The notes under the pieces are model-generated. The model ran no database searches. It was not told the DNA's origin and was given only the letters and a program-made list of their open reading frames with translations. DNA of 64,000 bases, taken from positions 224,001 through 288,000 of the forward strand of contig OY782781.1 in assembly GCA_963678315.1 (NCBI GenBank). The letters run 5' to 3'. Of the stretch, positions 27,092 through 37,459 are shown piece after piece; position 1 is the first letter of the stretch; each line of letters opens with the position of its first letter. Position numbers and translations under genes: made by a program. The DNA comes from Candidatus Cloacimonadales bacterium. GTDB lineage: Bacteria > Cloacimonadota > Cloacimonadia > Cloacimonadales > JAFGVF01.

Positions 27092-29623
27092 TCAATCAAT
27101 CTTTACAACTTTAGATAAAGAAGAATTACTCTCTCCTTCAACCTTCAAGAAGTATATTCCTGATGATAGCTTTGGTAAGTTGAGATTAAGCTTGTTCGAT
27201 TTATTATTTAATAATACTTCTTTAGAATATACCTTTTGTCCTTTCAAATTATACAAAGCAACTTGGCTCTTTTGGATATTGCTTGCTTTAATTTCAACAG
27301 CTATCTTATCTTTAAAAGGATTAGGGTAGGCTTCAATTTGAATATCATTAACAATCTCAGGGTTATCGTTTGATGTCAAAGGAACATTAAGATGGACAAG
27401 ATCTTCAGGGAAAGAACCATAAGTTTGACCAGGTTCGATTACTAAATGTTGTAACAGAATTTCTTCTGTATAGCCTTGAGGTAAAAGTTTAAATTGAACT
27501 TCAACTAAGCTTAAAGGAACTTGGCAGACCATTGAAATTGCAGTATAGAAATCACCTTCATGATTAATATCTACAACTCTGGCTGCACCTAAACATTGGT
27601 CATTATAAAATGCTCCTATATAATGCTCACCAGGGTTCAATTCTAGTGAGTTAGTAAATAATTGAGCATTTATCACAGCAGAATTGTTTGGGTAAATAGT
27701 AATATCCCAAGGAATACCATCTCTTGTTTGGCATACTCTTTGACCTGTACTATAAACTAAATTACAGTCTTCAGATACTTGCATCCAATAGCCTTTACCA
27801 GCTTGCATACTATTCATAGAATTAAATTCAGGAATATTCTGTGGAGAATATATTGTAGTTTCATCTTTAACTTGAACAAGATATTCACTTATTGAGTTTA
27901 AAGCTGTCTCAGGAGCTTGGTCTTCATTAGGCAAATAACCTACTAAGTTCCACCCACTTGTTAATGGAATAGAAGTTGATACATCGTATAAATCTCCACT
28001 TAATTCATGAGATTGACTTCCATTAATGTTTAGCCAGTATCCTTGAGCTGGACTAAGCTGGTTTAGAGTATTAAAATGAGAAGGGTTATCAGGTGAATAA
28101 ATTTGTGTTAAGTTCTTTAGTTCTACAATATCACTGTTAAAATCAGCAAAAACATTAGCTGGTTCTGTATTATCATAATCAATATTGTAACTGATTAGAT
28201 TCCAGCCATCGTTTAAGTCAAGGGTTAGACTGTTTGCTTCTGACCCGAAAACAACATCTAAGGAAGTAACAGCATCATTTGCAACTACAACATTGTCAAA
28301 TATTTGATCTTCATACCCTTCTGTAGATACCTTAACCTGATATGTACCTGCATTAATTGGTCTGTAATAATCGCCAAAATCAGGGTTTGTAGATACTTTA
28401 GTAACGTCAGTATCATGACCTACAAGTTCTATTGTAGCCTCAAGAGGATTACCTAAGTAGTCAGTTACATTACCTTGAAGCCCATACATAGCCTGCTCCA
28501 TATAAGCAAGTAAGGCATCTCTGTTGTAAGTCCAATATGCTGGAAGATCGTCTGACGGAACCTGTTTTGTCATAGATAATTCAATTGTAACTTCTCTAAT
28601 TCCCATAAAGTAATTAACATAGTCCTGTCTAGAACCATTAGCTTCATACCAGGCATAGCCATTAGTAATTCCATCATCATATCCATCAAGATAAGTTGAA
28701 GGAGCATCAGCGTGAACTTCATCAGCATATATTCTACTAACATACTGATACCAAGTATCATCAGGATGAAGGCTAGGAGTAGTATCCCAAGGATAGTTAA
28801 TAACTTCTTCACCATTATGAAGGTTAGCAGACATAACAATTCCTTTACCAGTCATAAAGTCTATTTGGGCTTGATTCTCAATAGATACAGGATTACCATC
28901 ACCAGTAGTGTTTGATAAAAAGTCTATGAAGTTCCTGTTAGGGTCAACATTATTGGCGAGATATCGTCGAGAATTAACAACTGTATCATCACTACCATAG
29001 TAAGTGCCGTCAGGATTTGACAGTGGATTAATCCATATTTCCATATTATTTATTAGGCTTGTAATATAGGTATCAGAATCATAGCTAGATAGTAATTCAT
29101 CTGCTAATCTAAGCAAAAGAATATAGGTAAGAAGTTCATCACCATGCATTTGACCGGTATAATAGAAGGCTGGTTCAGCTTCATCAACAGATACATTATC
29201 AGATATTTTTAGTACTAACAAGTCATGATTATCCTGCGAAGTACCTATATTGTGAAGACTACATATATTTGGATAGTCACTTGCGAATTGTTGCATCATT
29301 TCAACATAAACATCATAAGTAGGGTATTTATCCCAGCTTGACATTTCAGACAAAGAAGTTGCCATATTAAGGACATCTCTATCACTTTTAGGTAAATCTA
29401 ATTCTGTAATAGAGTAACCAAGTTCTTTGATTCTTTTTAATTCTTGAGGTAATGCGTAGCCATATAGAGTATTGTTAACTCTATTATCAATAGAAAATTC
29501 TTTAGTAAGTTGTGACATATCTTCAGGATTATCAATTTTGACAGATATATACTTTTCTGGTACTGCAAATAAAGCCATTGCAGTAGTTAAAAAGACTAAA
29601 AATAATGATAGCTTTAACTTCAT
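27092..29623 (-). CDS. Secreted M14 zinc carboxypeptidase with C-terminal T9SS-type sorting domain
   Basis: Signal peptide; MHGDE, NPDG, D.NRNF, SANLH and TIEL; 'L..GWNL' repeats; CTD YPNPF...YNLKGQ...SSGIYF. Start set at ATG 29623 behind AGGAG. Confidence 0.9.
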   Translation of the reverse strand: MKLKLSLFLVFLTTAMALFAVPEKYISVKIDNPEDMSQLTKEFSIDNRVNNTLYGYALPQELKRIKELGYSITELDLPKSDRDVLNMATSLSEMSSWDKYPTYDVYVEMMQQFASDYPNICSLHNIGTSQDNHDLLVLKISDNVSVDEAEPAFYYTGQMHGDELLTYILLLRLADELLSSYDSDTYITSLINNMEIWINPLSNPDGTYYGSDDTVVNSRRYLANNVDPNRNFIDFLSNTTGDGNPVSIENQAQIDFMTGKGIVMSANLHNGEEVINYPWDTTPSLHPDDTWYQYVSRIYADEVHADAPSTYLDGYDDGITNGYAWYEANGSRQDYVNYFMGIREVTIELSMTKQVPSDDLPAYWTYNRDALLAYMEQAMYGLQGNVTDYLGNPLEATIELVGHDTDVTKVSTNPDFGDYYRPINAGTYQVKVSTEGYEDQIFDNVVVANDAVTSLDVVFGSEANSLTLDLNDGWNLISYNIDYDNTEPANVFADFNSDIVELKNLTQIYSPDNPSHFNTLNQLSPAQGYWLNINGSQSHELSGDLYDVSTSIPLTSGWNLVGYLPNEDQAPETALNSISEYLVQVKDETTIYSPQNIPEFNSMNSMQAGKGYWMQVSEDCNLVYSTGQRVCQTRDGIPWDITIYPNNSAVINAQLFTNSLELNPGEHYIGAFYNDQCLGAARVVDINHEGDFYTAISMVCQVPLSLVEVQFKLLPQGYTEEILLQHLVIEPGQTYGSFPEDLVHLNVPLTSNDNPEIVNDIQIEAYPNPFKDKIAVEIKASNIQKSQVALYNLKGQKVYSKEVLLNNKSNKLNLNLPKLSSGIYFLKVEGESNSSLSKVVKID

Positions 29624-29822
29624 AGACACTCCTAGCGTTAGTAAATTATTTACAAATAGTTATATAATTCTTATGCTTGTCAAGATAATTCACTGCCTGA
29701 AGCAAATAGTGAATAATATTTCAAGAAAGAAAAACTAGAGCTTGAATTAAGCAGCAAGAAAAAATAACTTGCCAGTTATACATCTTATAGCAAGCTGTAA
29801 TAAAAGATTTTTAGGAAGAGAT

Positions 29823-31430
29823 ATGATTGATAGATGGAGTTACAGAGCCTTAGATATTAGCCATATAATTGAAAGAGTAGAAGTATATTCTGACTTAGGT
29901 AAGAATAGAAGAAAGAACTTTGTTCCCTTCAATTCAACATCTATAGAAGATATAAGACAATATCATTCACGCCTTGCTCAAGTAGTGGAATTATCAGCAG
30001 ATAAAATCCTCGTTGATAAGTTAAAATCTGAGTTAATGCATGTTAAGGCTATTCATAGAAGCATTGATTCACTGGGAGAAGAGCTTGAGGTTTTTGAGAT
30101 ATTTGAGGTAAAACAGTTCTGCTATTTCTATAATAGAATATCAAAACTTCTTAAATCAAGCAACTTTAAGAACATAGATAAATTTGTATCTTTAGAGAAT
30201 ATTTTTAACTTCTTAGACCCAGAAAATCATGGCACTCCTTCATTTAATATAAGCTCTTCTTTTTCTCAAGACCTGCATCAAGTAAGAGAAAAGATTGCCC
30301 TCAAGTCAAAAGAAAAAAAGCTTCTACTTAATAAATATAAACTTGAAATAAAGCAAGCTCTTAACATACAGAATGCTGAGGATAAAGTAACAGTTTCTAG
30401 GTATAATACTGATATGAAAAACAAGCTTGAAGAATCAGGTTATTACGTTGTTTCAGATGAGAACTTTGCTAATACAATCTATTCTTTGAAACTCCCAGAA
30501 ACAATCATAAACATGGATATTGAGCTAAATTCTTTGCTTATTGAACAAGAGAAGATTGCCGAAGAAGTTCTAAAGTATATATCTAAAGAATTATATAACT
30601 ACAAAGACAATCTTATCAAAGCAATAGAAGTTTTAGCTGATTTTGATGATATGCTTGGTAAGGCTGTTTTTGCAAGAAAATATTCTTGTGTAATCCCTGA
30701 GATAAAGCAAGACAAAGTTAGTTTTGATAATGCTATAAATATACCTACCTATGAAGCCCTTAAAAGGGTAAATATTAAATATCAAAAGATTTCTTTAGAT
30801 ATGCCTTATTCGATGAATATCATTGTTGGAGCTAATATGGCAGGTAAATCTACAGCCTTAGTTACTCTCGGACAGTTGGCATATCTTACTCAGTATGGAT
30901 TCCCTGTTCCAGCAAGTAAATGCCAAATTCCATTGTTTGATTTTATTATGTTCAGTGGTGATGAAGCTAATCAAAAAAGTATTGATTTAAGCTCTTTTGG
31001 TAAAGAGATTGTTAGAGTAAACTCTTATCTCAACAGGCAAGGAAAGGGTCTTTTCTTGATTGATGAGTTTGCCAGAGGAACTAATCCTAAAGAAGGGAAT
31101 GCCCTTTCAAAAGCTCTGTTTGAAGAACTAAAATCTAAAGACTGCTTTTCATTCTGTGCTACTCACTTCAATTCCCCTCTTACAATTTCAGAAATTGGAC
31201 TATTTGCTATCCCGGGAATTACTGAAGAGGACTTTTTAGAAATACGACAAGAGAATCAAGAGCATCCTGAAAATAGACTAAAAGCTCTTCATAAGAAAAT
31301 GAAGTATGAGATTGTGAAGGTTACCCAGAATACTAAAACACCTCAGGCTGGAATAATGATTGCTGAACTTTTAGGTATAGATAGCAAAATCATTTCAAAA
31401 GCCAAAGCATTTATTGATAATGAGAGATAA
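29823..31430 (+). CDS. MutS domain-V ATPase lacking mismatch-binding and Smr domains (KamC-like)
   Basis: GANMAGKS, LSSFGKE, LFLIDEFARGT, ATHF. Start probably ATG 29823 (the track starts at TTG 29769). Confidence 0.8.
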   Translation: MIDRWSYRALDISHIIERVEVYSDLGKNRRKNFVPFNSTSIEDIRQYHSRLAQVVELSADKILVDKLKSELMHVKAIHRSIDSLGEELEVFEIFEVKQFCYFYNRISKLLKSSNFKNIDKFVSLENIFNFLDPENHGTPSFNISSSFSQDLHQVREKIALKSKEKKLLLNKYKLEIKQALNIQNAEDKVTVSRYNTDMKNKLEESGYYVVSDENFANTIYSLKLPETIINMDIELNSLLIEQEKIAEEVLKYISKELYNYKDNLIKAIEVLADFDDMLGKAVFARKYSCVIPEIKQDKVSFDNAINIPTYEALKRVNIKYQKISLDMPYSMNIIVGANMAGKSTALVTLGQLAYLTQYGFPVPASKCQIPLFDFIMFSGDEANQKSIDLSSFGKEIVRVNSYLNRQGKGLFLIDEFARGTNPKEGNALSKALFEELKSKDCFSFCATHFNSPLTISEIGLFAIPGITEEDFLEIRQENQEHPENRLKALHKKMKYEIVKVTQNTKTPQAGIMIAELLGIDSKIISKAKAFIDNER

Positions 31431-31510
31431 TAACTAAGTTCTCATTTTACTTGACAGCACAACAAGGCTTTAGGAATTTAATATAAAAGATAAATTTTGG
31501 AGGAAATCCC

Positions 31511-32413
31511 ATGTCAATTAAAAAACTTGATCACATGTTTACTGCTTTACAGAATAAGGAAAAGAAAAGATTAGTAGGTGCCTACACTGTTGATGGTCAC
31601 TCAGTTGGAGCTATCAGTAAGGCTGTAGATTTAGGTATTATCGACGCTACTCTCGTTGGAGATATTGATCTTATAAAGGCTACATGTGAAGAAGAAAACA
31701 TTGATATTAATAAGTTTGAAATAATAGATGAAAAAGTTGATACCGTGGCAGCAATGAAAGCATGTGCATATATCAATGAAGGCAAAGGCGACCTTATTAT
31801 GAAAGGTCTTCTTGGAACTGATAAATACATGAGAGCTCTCTTAAACAAGCAAAATGGTTTAATGAGCCAGGGAGCTATGCTTTCTCACTTATCAGTGATG
31901 GAAATCCCTAGTTATCATAAACTTCTTGTTGTATCTGATGTTGCTATTATTCCACTTCCAGATTTAAAACAAAAGATTGCTATCACAAATAATGTTATCA
32001 GAACTTGCAAAGCCCTAGATATTGAAGAACCTAAAGTTTCTATTTTAGCTTCTTCTGAATCTGCTACAGATAAAATCGTTGCTAATGCTGATGCTGCTCT
32101 TATCTCTAAGATGGCTGAACGTGGTCAAATCAAAGGTGCTTTGATTGATGGTCCATTATCATTAGACTTATCAATTGACCAAGAAGCTGTAGCAATTAAG
32201 AAATTCCAGTCTCCAGTAGCAGGTGATGCAGATGGTATCGTTTTCCCTAATATTGAATCAGGAAATGTTTTCTACAAAGCTGTTACAAAGTTAGTTAAAG
32301 CTGAATTAGCTGCTATTGTTTGTGGTGCTAATGTTCCTGCTATCCTTTCTTCACGTGGTGATACAGAACAAACAAAACTTTATTCTATCGCTCTTGCAGC
32401 ATTATTAGCATAA
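31511..32413 (+). CDS. ptb: Phosphate butyryltransferase (PTA/PTB family), paralog 1
   Basis: MKGL, LSH, SDVAI.P.PDL, IDGPLSLD, PVAGDAD, PNIESGN, SRGD. Confidence 0.88.
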   Translation: MSIKKLDHMFTALQNKEKKRLVGAYTVDGHSVGAISKAVDLGIIDATLVGDIDLIKATCEEENIDINKFEIIDEKVDTVAAMKACAYINEGKGDLIMKGLLGTDKYMRALLNKQNGLMSQGAMLSHLSVMEIPSYHKLLVVSDVAIIPLPDLKQKIAITNNVIRTCKALDIEEPKVSILASSESATDKIVANADAALISKMAERGQIKGALIDGPLSLDLSIDQEAVAIKKFQSPVAGDADGIVFPNIESGNVFYKAVTKLVKAELAAIVCGANVPAILSSRGDTEQTKLYSIALAALLA

Positions 32414-32431
32414 ACTTTAATAGGAGAATCA

Positions 32432-33334
32432 ATGATTACCAAACTAGATCAAATGGTTGACCACGTTAAAAAGCTTGATAAGAAATTTAAAATAGCTGTT
32501 GCTTACGCACAAGATTCAAACACAATTGGAGCTATTGCTCAAGCAATTAATGATGGTTTTGTTGAAGCTTACATGATTGGTGACCAAGAAAGAATTATTG
32601 AGATAGCCAAAGAAGAAGGAATTGATGCAAATATCTTCAAGATTGTGAATGTTCCTGATGAAATTAAAGCAATCGATAAGGCTGTTGAAATGGTTAAAAC
32701 TGACCAAGCAGATATTCTAATGAAAGGCCTATGCGGAACTGATAAGTTCCTTCGTGGTGTTATTCATAAAGAAAAAGGCTTATTACCTCCTAGAGCCATT
32801 ATGAGCTATGTTTGTGCTTTAGACATACCAGCATACCACAAGTTACTTTTTGTGACTGATACAGCTGTTTTACCCTTCCCAGATTTAAAACAAAAGACTG
32901 CTATGCTTAACTACTCAGTTAATATGGCTAGAAAGTTTGGAATTGAGACTCCTAAAGTAGCTCTTATCTCAGCTGCTGAAAAAGTAAGTCCTCACTTTGA
33001 ATCTCATTCTGATTATACTCAGCTTTGTGCTATGGCAAAACGCGGTCAGATTAAAAACTGTATTGTTGATGGTCCTCTAGATATATTCTTAGCTTGTGAT
33101 AAAGAAAGCGTAAAGATTAAAGGCGTTCCAACTCCAATAGATGGAGATGCTGACGTGCTCTTATTCCCTTCTTTAGAAGCATGTAATTCTTTCTATAAAG
33201 GCCAAATGCTTTGGGGCGGAGCTGAATTAGCTGGACTTATTCAAGGTACAATCAAACCTGTTGTGGTTATGTCTCGCTCTGAATCTCCTAAATCTAAGTA
33301 CTATTGTATTGCTTTATCATGTTTGATGGCATAA
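32432..33334 (+). CDS. ptb: Phosphate butyryltransferase (PTA/PTB family), paralog 2
   Basis: ILMKG, TDTAV.P.PDL, VDGPLD, DADVLLFP.LEACN, SRSE. Confidence 0.85.
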   Translation: MITKLDQMVDHVKKLDKKFKIAVAYAQDSNTIGAIAQAINDGFVEAYMIGDQERIIEIAKEEGIDANIFKIVNVPDEIKAIDKAVEMVKTDQADILMKGLCGTDKFLRGVIHKEKGLLPPRAIMSYVCALDIPAYHKLLFVTDTAVLPFPDLKQKTAMLNYSVNMARKFGIETPKVALISAAEKVSPHFESHSDYTQLCAMAKRGQIKNCIVDGPLDIFLACDKESVKIKGVPTPIDGDADVLLFPSLEACNSFYKGQMLWGGAELAGLIQGTIKPVVVMSRSESPKSKYYCIALSCLMA

Positions 33335-33361
33335 AATTATAGAATTAAATCAAAATACTTT

Positions 33362-33397
33362 GAGAGCTTTGACCATGCGTCAGAGCTCTTTGCTTTT
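33362..33397 (+). terminator. Intrinsic terminator after the ptb genes
   Basis: GAGAGCTTTGAC-CATGC-GTCAGAGCTCT followed by a T-rich tract. Confidence 0.7.
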
Positions 33398-33451
33398 TCC
33401 CCAAGAAGATTATTATAGCAAGTTAAGTATTGCTTATCTCACTATTAGTTT

Positions 33452-33642
33452 CCTCCAGCATTAATTTGGCTTTTATTGCAGGAGGCATAAAAGCATATTA
33501 AGTAATGATTCATATATGGAGTGTAAGCATCCACCGATAGGTTGAAGGAAGTTCATGCTTGTGCTAAGATAAGCACATTGTAATTCTTATGGGGTGCATT
33601 CATCCCTGAATGCGCATCTTAAATCATTTAAATGATTTAAGA
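33452..33642. repeat. Palindromic module cluster left of the IS21 element
   Basis: Module E (~33452-33487), reversed module A (33518-33570) and the perfect 26-bp palindrome TCTTAAATCATTTAAATGATTTAAGA (33617-33642). Confidence 0.75.
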
Positions 33643-33719
33643 GACTACTTTGTCAAGAGAAGTTTAAAATGTTACACTTTTGGAAGTATAAACTGTTACA
33701 CTTTGGTTAAAAAAATAAG

Positions 33720-34448
33720 TTAAATTTTACCTTTCATTCTATAGCTATCACCATCCATCGTGATTAGCTGTGCATGGTGTAGAAGTCTATCTAATATTGC
33801 TGAAGTAATAACATTATCTCCAAAAGCAGATCCCCACTCTTGAAATAGTTTGTTTGATGTTATAACAATAGATCTAAATTCATATAGTTCGCTAACTAGT
33901 TTAAAGAACATACTTGAAGATATTTCCTTTATTGGTAAATAGCCGATTTCATCAATAATTATTAATTCATTTTTACATAGTTTCTTAATAAACTCTTTCA
34001 GGCTTTTCTCATTGGATGCTATTAACATATCATCTAGTAAATCATTAAATGTGTAAAATTTTACATTATATCCCTTTTGTATTGCTTCATATCCCAAAGC
34101 TAATGCTATATGCGTTTTACCAACTCCAGGAGGTCCCATAAATATCTTATTTTCTCTGTTATCTATCCAATCAAAATCCAACCACTCATTGACCATCCTT
34201 TTAGTTACACTGTGTTGATATTTATAATCAAACTCTTCAAATGTCTTTACTGAAGGGAAATTTGACCTTTTTATTTTTAGCTTAATAGCTGTTTGATTTC
34301 TGCTATTAACTTCATTTCTGATAATATACGATAAAAACTGCTGATTAGAGAGTTCTTTCTCTCTTCCATGCTGTAAATATGATTCAATGTTATTGAGTAT
34401 ATGTCGACACCTTATCCTGAATAAATCTTTCTTTAATTGTTCCATCAT
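33720..34448 (-). CDS. istB: IS21 helper ATPase IstB
   Basis: GPPGVGKTH, IIDEIGY, ITSN..F.EWG, AILDRLLHH, GDSYR; ATGA overlap with istA. Confidence 0.95.
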   Translation of the reverse strand: MMEQLKKDLFRIRCRHILNNIESYLQHGREKELSNQQFLSYIIRNEVNSRNQTAIKLKIKRSNFPSVKTFEEFDYKYQHSVTKRMVNEWLDFDWIDNRENKIFMGPPGVGKTHIALALGYEAIQKGYNVKFYTFNDLLDDMLIASNEKSLKEFIKKLCKNELIIIDEIGYLPIKEISSSMFFKLVSELYEFRSIVITSNKLFQEWGSAFGDNVITSAILDRLLHHAQLITMDGDSYRMKGKI

Positions 34449-35929
34449 TTTTTTACCATCCTATCATAATCTGATAAATCTCTTGCTAGTTTTGAACTAC
34501 TTGTGTTATTATTACTTTGGTTGTTTTGTATATAATCATTTATCTTTAATTGCTTTGTGAGAGCTTCAAGAACATTTTCAACTTTGCTTGCGCGTAGTTG
34601 TGAAAATGCTAAAGATTGATTAATTACAAAATTCCAGTCAAGACGGTTATATTCATTATATAGCCGTCTTATTGCTCTTAATTGTTCTCGTGGGTGACTT
34701 GTGTTTTCTTTTAAAATCCTGGTCACAAAAACGTCATAATTTTGATATCCTTTCAGAAGTTCTAAAACGTCATCCTTTAGAGTTTCTAATTTTTCTGAAT
34801 AATCAATATAATGTGCTTGATTTATAGTCGGCTTTGACTTTCCATATTTTACAGAATGACTAGCTACTTGTGCTAGTGTTAAGCTATCTATTATCAAAAG
34901 TTTGCTATTTAATTCTTCTACTAAAACTTCTTTTTTTTGATAAATATAAGGAACTGAATATTTATTACCTTTCCAAGATATTATTCCTTGTTTATCTACT
35001 TTTCTCAATACTCTATTGTTTGGTATATAAGTTCTCATTAAATCCTTTTCAGCTTTAAATACTTCTGTCGGAATTTCTAAAGTTGTGCTATGCTCTCTAT
35101 TATTTACCATTTCAAACCAATCTTTTGAACGCATTTCTATCTCACTTAACCCTGAAAACTTATCTCCATAAAGAAAATCTTCTTTTACTTCTCTTACATG
35201 GCGTTCCACAAGTCCTTTAGTTTGAGGGTCATAACCTTCGCATATATAATAGTTTAAATTGTGTTTGTTTAGGAACTGTTCAAATAGTTTATTTAACCAT
35301 ACTTCCCTATATTTTTCTCTTATTACAACTAACTTTGTTTGGTCATAAACTAATTGCTTTGGTAAGCATCTAAAATAATTAAAACAGGCTTCATGAGCTT
35401 GTATAAAATCATTAGTATTATATGGTCTTAATTGGAAATGAGCATACACCATTCTTGAGTATGAGATTTTAAAGGCTACAAAATAAACTTTTATCTTTTC
35501 ACCTGTTGTGAGTAATACTTTTTGTTCTCCCGGATCTACTTGTATCTGTACTCCTGGTTCATACGTTACAGGGGTAAAATAACGTCTACAACGAGGCTTT
35601 ATTGCTTCTTTGAGTTTATTTATGTAATTCGAAAATGCTCGCTCTGATATAACTATATCGGGGTATTTCTTTTGGAATTTACGATGAAGTTTGGTTGTGC
35701 GTATTCGTGGATATTCCTTAATCCAAAGGCTTAACAACTCTTTATAAGACTCTAAAATACTGTTTCGTCTAAAGATATTGCTCTTATATTCTGTATAATC
35801 TTTTAACGACATCTTTCTGAACTTCTGCACTGTCGTTGGTGATATAGCTAATTGCCTAGCTGTTTCTCTTACACTTAAGTTTAAATTCTGACACGATTTT
35901 ATCTTGTGATACATGCTTTCCTCTATCAT
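34445..35929 (-). CDS. istA: IS21 DDE transposase IstA
   Basis: N-terminal HTH, PG.QIQVD, YDQ, PQTKGLVER, NKYSVP. ATG 35929 lies behind GAGGA. Confidence 0.93.
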   Translation of the reverse strand: MIEESMYHKIKSCQNLNLSVRETARQLAISPTTVQKFRKMSLKDYTEYKSNIFRRNSILESYKELLSLWIKEYPRIRTTKLHRKFQKKYPDIVISERAFSNYINKLKEAIKPRCRRYFTPVTYEPGVQIQVDPGEQKVLLTTGEKIKVYFVAFKISYSRMVYAHFQLRPYNTNDFIQAHEACFNYFRCLPKQLVYDQTKLVVIREKYREVWLNKLFEQFLNKHNLNYYICEGYDPQTKGLVERHVREVKEDFLYGDKFSGLSEIEMRSKDWFEMVNNREHSTTLEIPTEVFKAEKDLMRTYIPNNRVLRKVDKQGIISWKGNKYSVPYIYQKKEVLVEELNSKLLIIDSLTLAQVASHSVKYGKSKPTINQAHYIDYSEKLETLKDDVLELLKGYQNYDVFVTRILKENTSHPREQLRAIRRLYNEYNRLDWNFVINQSLAFSQLRASKVENVLEALTKQLKINDYIQNNQSNNNTSSSKLARDLSDYDRMVKK

Positions 35930-36044
35930 GGTTATCCTCAAAATTTGTATTTTGAGGAGTGTACCATTTTATACTTCCATTACTGTACCACTTTATAATT
36001 CTATTAACAGACTACTTTATCAGCATTCAACACTAATTATGAAT

Positions 36045-36220
36045 CGCAAGCAGGGACCGTGTCAGGCGAAGACTGATGCTCGCAACCCTTAAGTACTTTC
36101 GTAGCCATGGATGGAGTGTAAGCATCCGCCAATAGGCTGAACAAAGTTCATGCTTACGCAAAGTATGGAATTTTTTCGTAGCCAAGGACCGTGTCAGGCA
36201 AAGACTGATGCTTGCAACCC
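36045..36220. repeat. Palindromic module cluster right of the IS21 element
   Basis: Two hairpins carry the CCGTGTCAGGC(G/A)AAGACTGA insert (36057-36076, 36189-36208); reversed module A at 36113-36163. Confidence 0.8.
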
Positions 36221-36225
36221 ATACA

Positions 36226-36258
36226 AAAAGAGCTCTGACACATAGCCAAAGCTCTTTA
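36226..36258 (-). terminator. Intrinsic terminator of the leuS-lspA-barrel operon
   Basis: AAAAGAGCTCTGAC-ACATA-GCCAAAGCTCTTT hairpin, 24 nt beyond the last stop codon. Confidence 0.7.
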
Positions 36259-36281
36259 ATATAATTAATGTTAATTATTTG

Positions 36282-36593
36282 TTATTGTAGAAATAAGAAA
36301 ACAAGAATTGCTGCAGACATCAAGAAGTTAATTACCATACTTGTAACAAGCAATTTCTTAAGATTATTCAATTTATATTTATTCTCTTTAACCCTTTTTT
36401 CAAGTTTAACTGTAAGGTTTTCTACTGTAATCAACTTTTCTTCAACAACATCATTCTTCTTAATATTCTTGTTGTGTTGATAATCTCTAATCCAATTATG
36501 GAAGATATCGAACACTAATTTAGAAAATAAACCAGGAATGAATGATGAGCTATTGCCCATGTCACCTTCAACTTTCTTGTCTTTTTTTCTCAT
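36282..36593 (-). CDS. Hypothetical small protein, coiled coil plus C-terminal TM anchor
   Basis: AAGGA RBS overlapping the upstream stop; hydrophobic C-terminus. Confidence 0.65.
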   Translation of the reverse strand: MRKKDKKVEGDMGNSSSFIPGLFSKLVFDIFHNWIRDYQHNKNIKKNDVVEEKLITVENLTVKLEKRVKENKYKLNNLKKLLVTSMVINFLMSAAILVFLFLQ

Positions 36594-36603
36594 AATTTAA
36601 TCC

Positions 36604-37449
36604 TTAGAATCTGTAACCAACTTGAACATGGTGAGTAGGATCTAGATCTGAATGTAATGTTAAACCATAATCAACGATAAAGTCATATACATCAAAACCT
36701 ACACCTGCAGAGTAAGTAGCAGGATTAGAGTTCAAACCAGCTCTTAAAGTCATCATATCAATAACTTCATATTCAATACCAGCTGTTACAGAAGTATCAT
36801 CTTTTAGCTCTTTAGTAAGTTCTAATACAGTTACGATCTTTGAATATGGTTGGTAAGAAATACCTGCAACCATTTTTCTAGGTAATTCATACTGATTGTC
36901 ATCACCAATAGCTGGGTTATTTATATTGTGAATAGTAAATGATAATTTAGTTCTTCTATGCATTGTCGCTACAGCGCCAATATTAAGTCCAAAAGCTTCT
37001 TGACTACCATAGCCATCATATTCTACATTATACATATTTACAGTATAACCAATAGCAATTTGACTGTGAATATCTTTCAATATTTTAAATGCGTGACTCA
37101 AAGCGATTGTAGATTCTGTAGTTAAAACTTCATCTTCAAAGTCAACAGAGAACTGTTTCATACCTAGTCCGATAGTACCATAAATAGGAGAGAATCTATA
37201 GGCTGCAGAAGCAGTTAAAACTCTTGCATAGGAATTCCCATAGAGATCAACCATTCCAAGATTGAATTGATTATCTGCATAATCTAAACCTGCAGGATTA
37301 TAGAAAGCAGCATCTGCATCATCAGAAACTGTGTAAAATGCATCCCCCATACCTCTTGCTCTTGCAGAAGAAGCGTAGCCATCGAAAACAGCATTCAAAC
37401 TAACAGTAAACAGACAAGTGATAAATATTAATATAAGTATTTTCTTCAT
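36604..37449 (-). CDS. PorV/FadL-like outer-membrane beta-barrel
   Basis: Signal peptide; SARARGMGDA..(FY)NPAGL; LRAG; C-terminal GYRF beta-signal. Confidence 0.75.
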   Translation of the reverse strand: MKKILILIFITCLFTVSLNAVFDGYASSARARGMGDAFYTVSDDADAAFYNPAGLDYADNQFNLGMVDLYGNSYARVLTASAAYRFSPIYGTIGLGMKQFSVDFEDEVLTTESTIALSHAFKILKDIHSQIAIGYTVNMYNVEYDGYGSQEAFGLNIGAVATMHRRTKLSFTIHNINNPAIGDDNQYELPRKMVAGISYQPYSKIVTVLELTKELKDDTSVTAGIEYEVIDMMTLRAGLNSNPATYSAGVGFDVYDFIVDYGLTLHSDLDPTHHVQVGYRF

Positions 37450-37459
37450 TATAATCTCC

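Larger units (their letters stand above)
33651..36009 (-). mobile_element. IS21-family insertion sequence, 2359 bp, apparently intact
   Basis: TG...CA ends. Left end TGTCAAGAGAAGTTTAAAATGTTACAC versus right end (reverse complement) TGTTAATAGAATTATAAAGTGGTACAG, each with an internal GGAAGTATAAA repeat. 8-bp direct repeat GACTACTT at 33643-33650 and 36010-36017. Carries istA and istB. Confidence 0.95.

Noticed and set aside
29823..31430. mutS or mutS2 repair gene call
   Set aside because: Too short and lacks mismatch-recognition and Smr domains.
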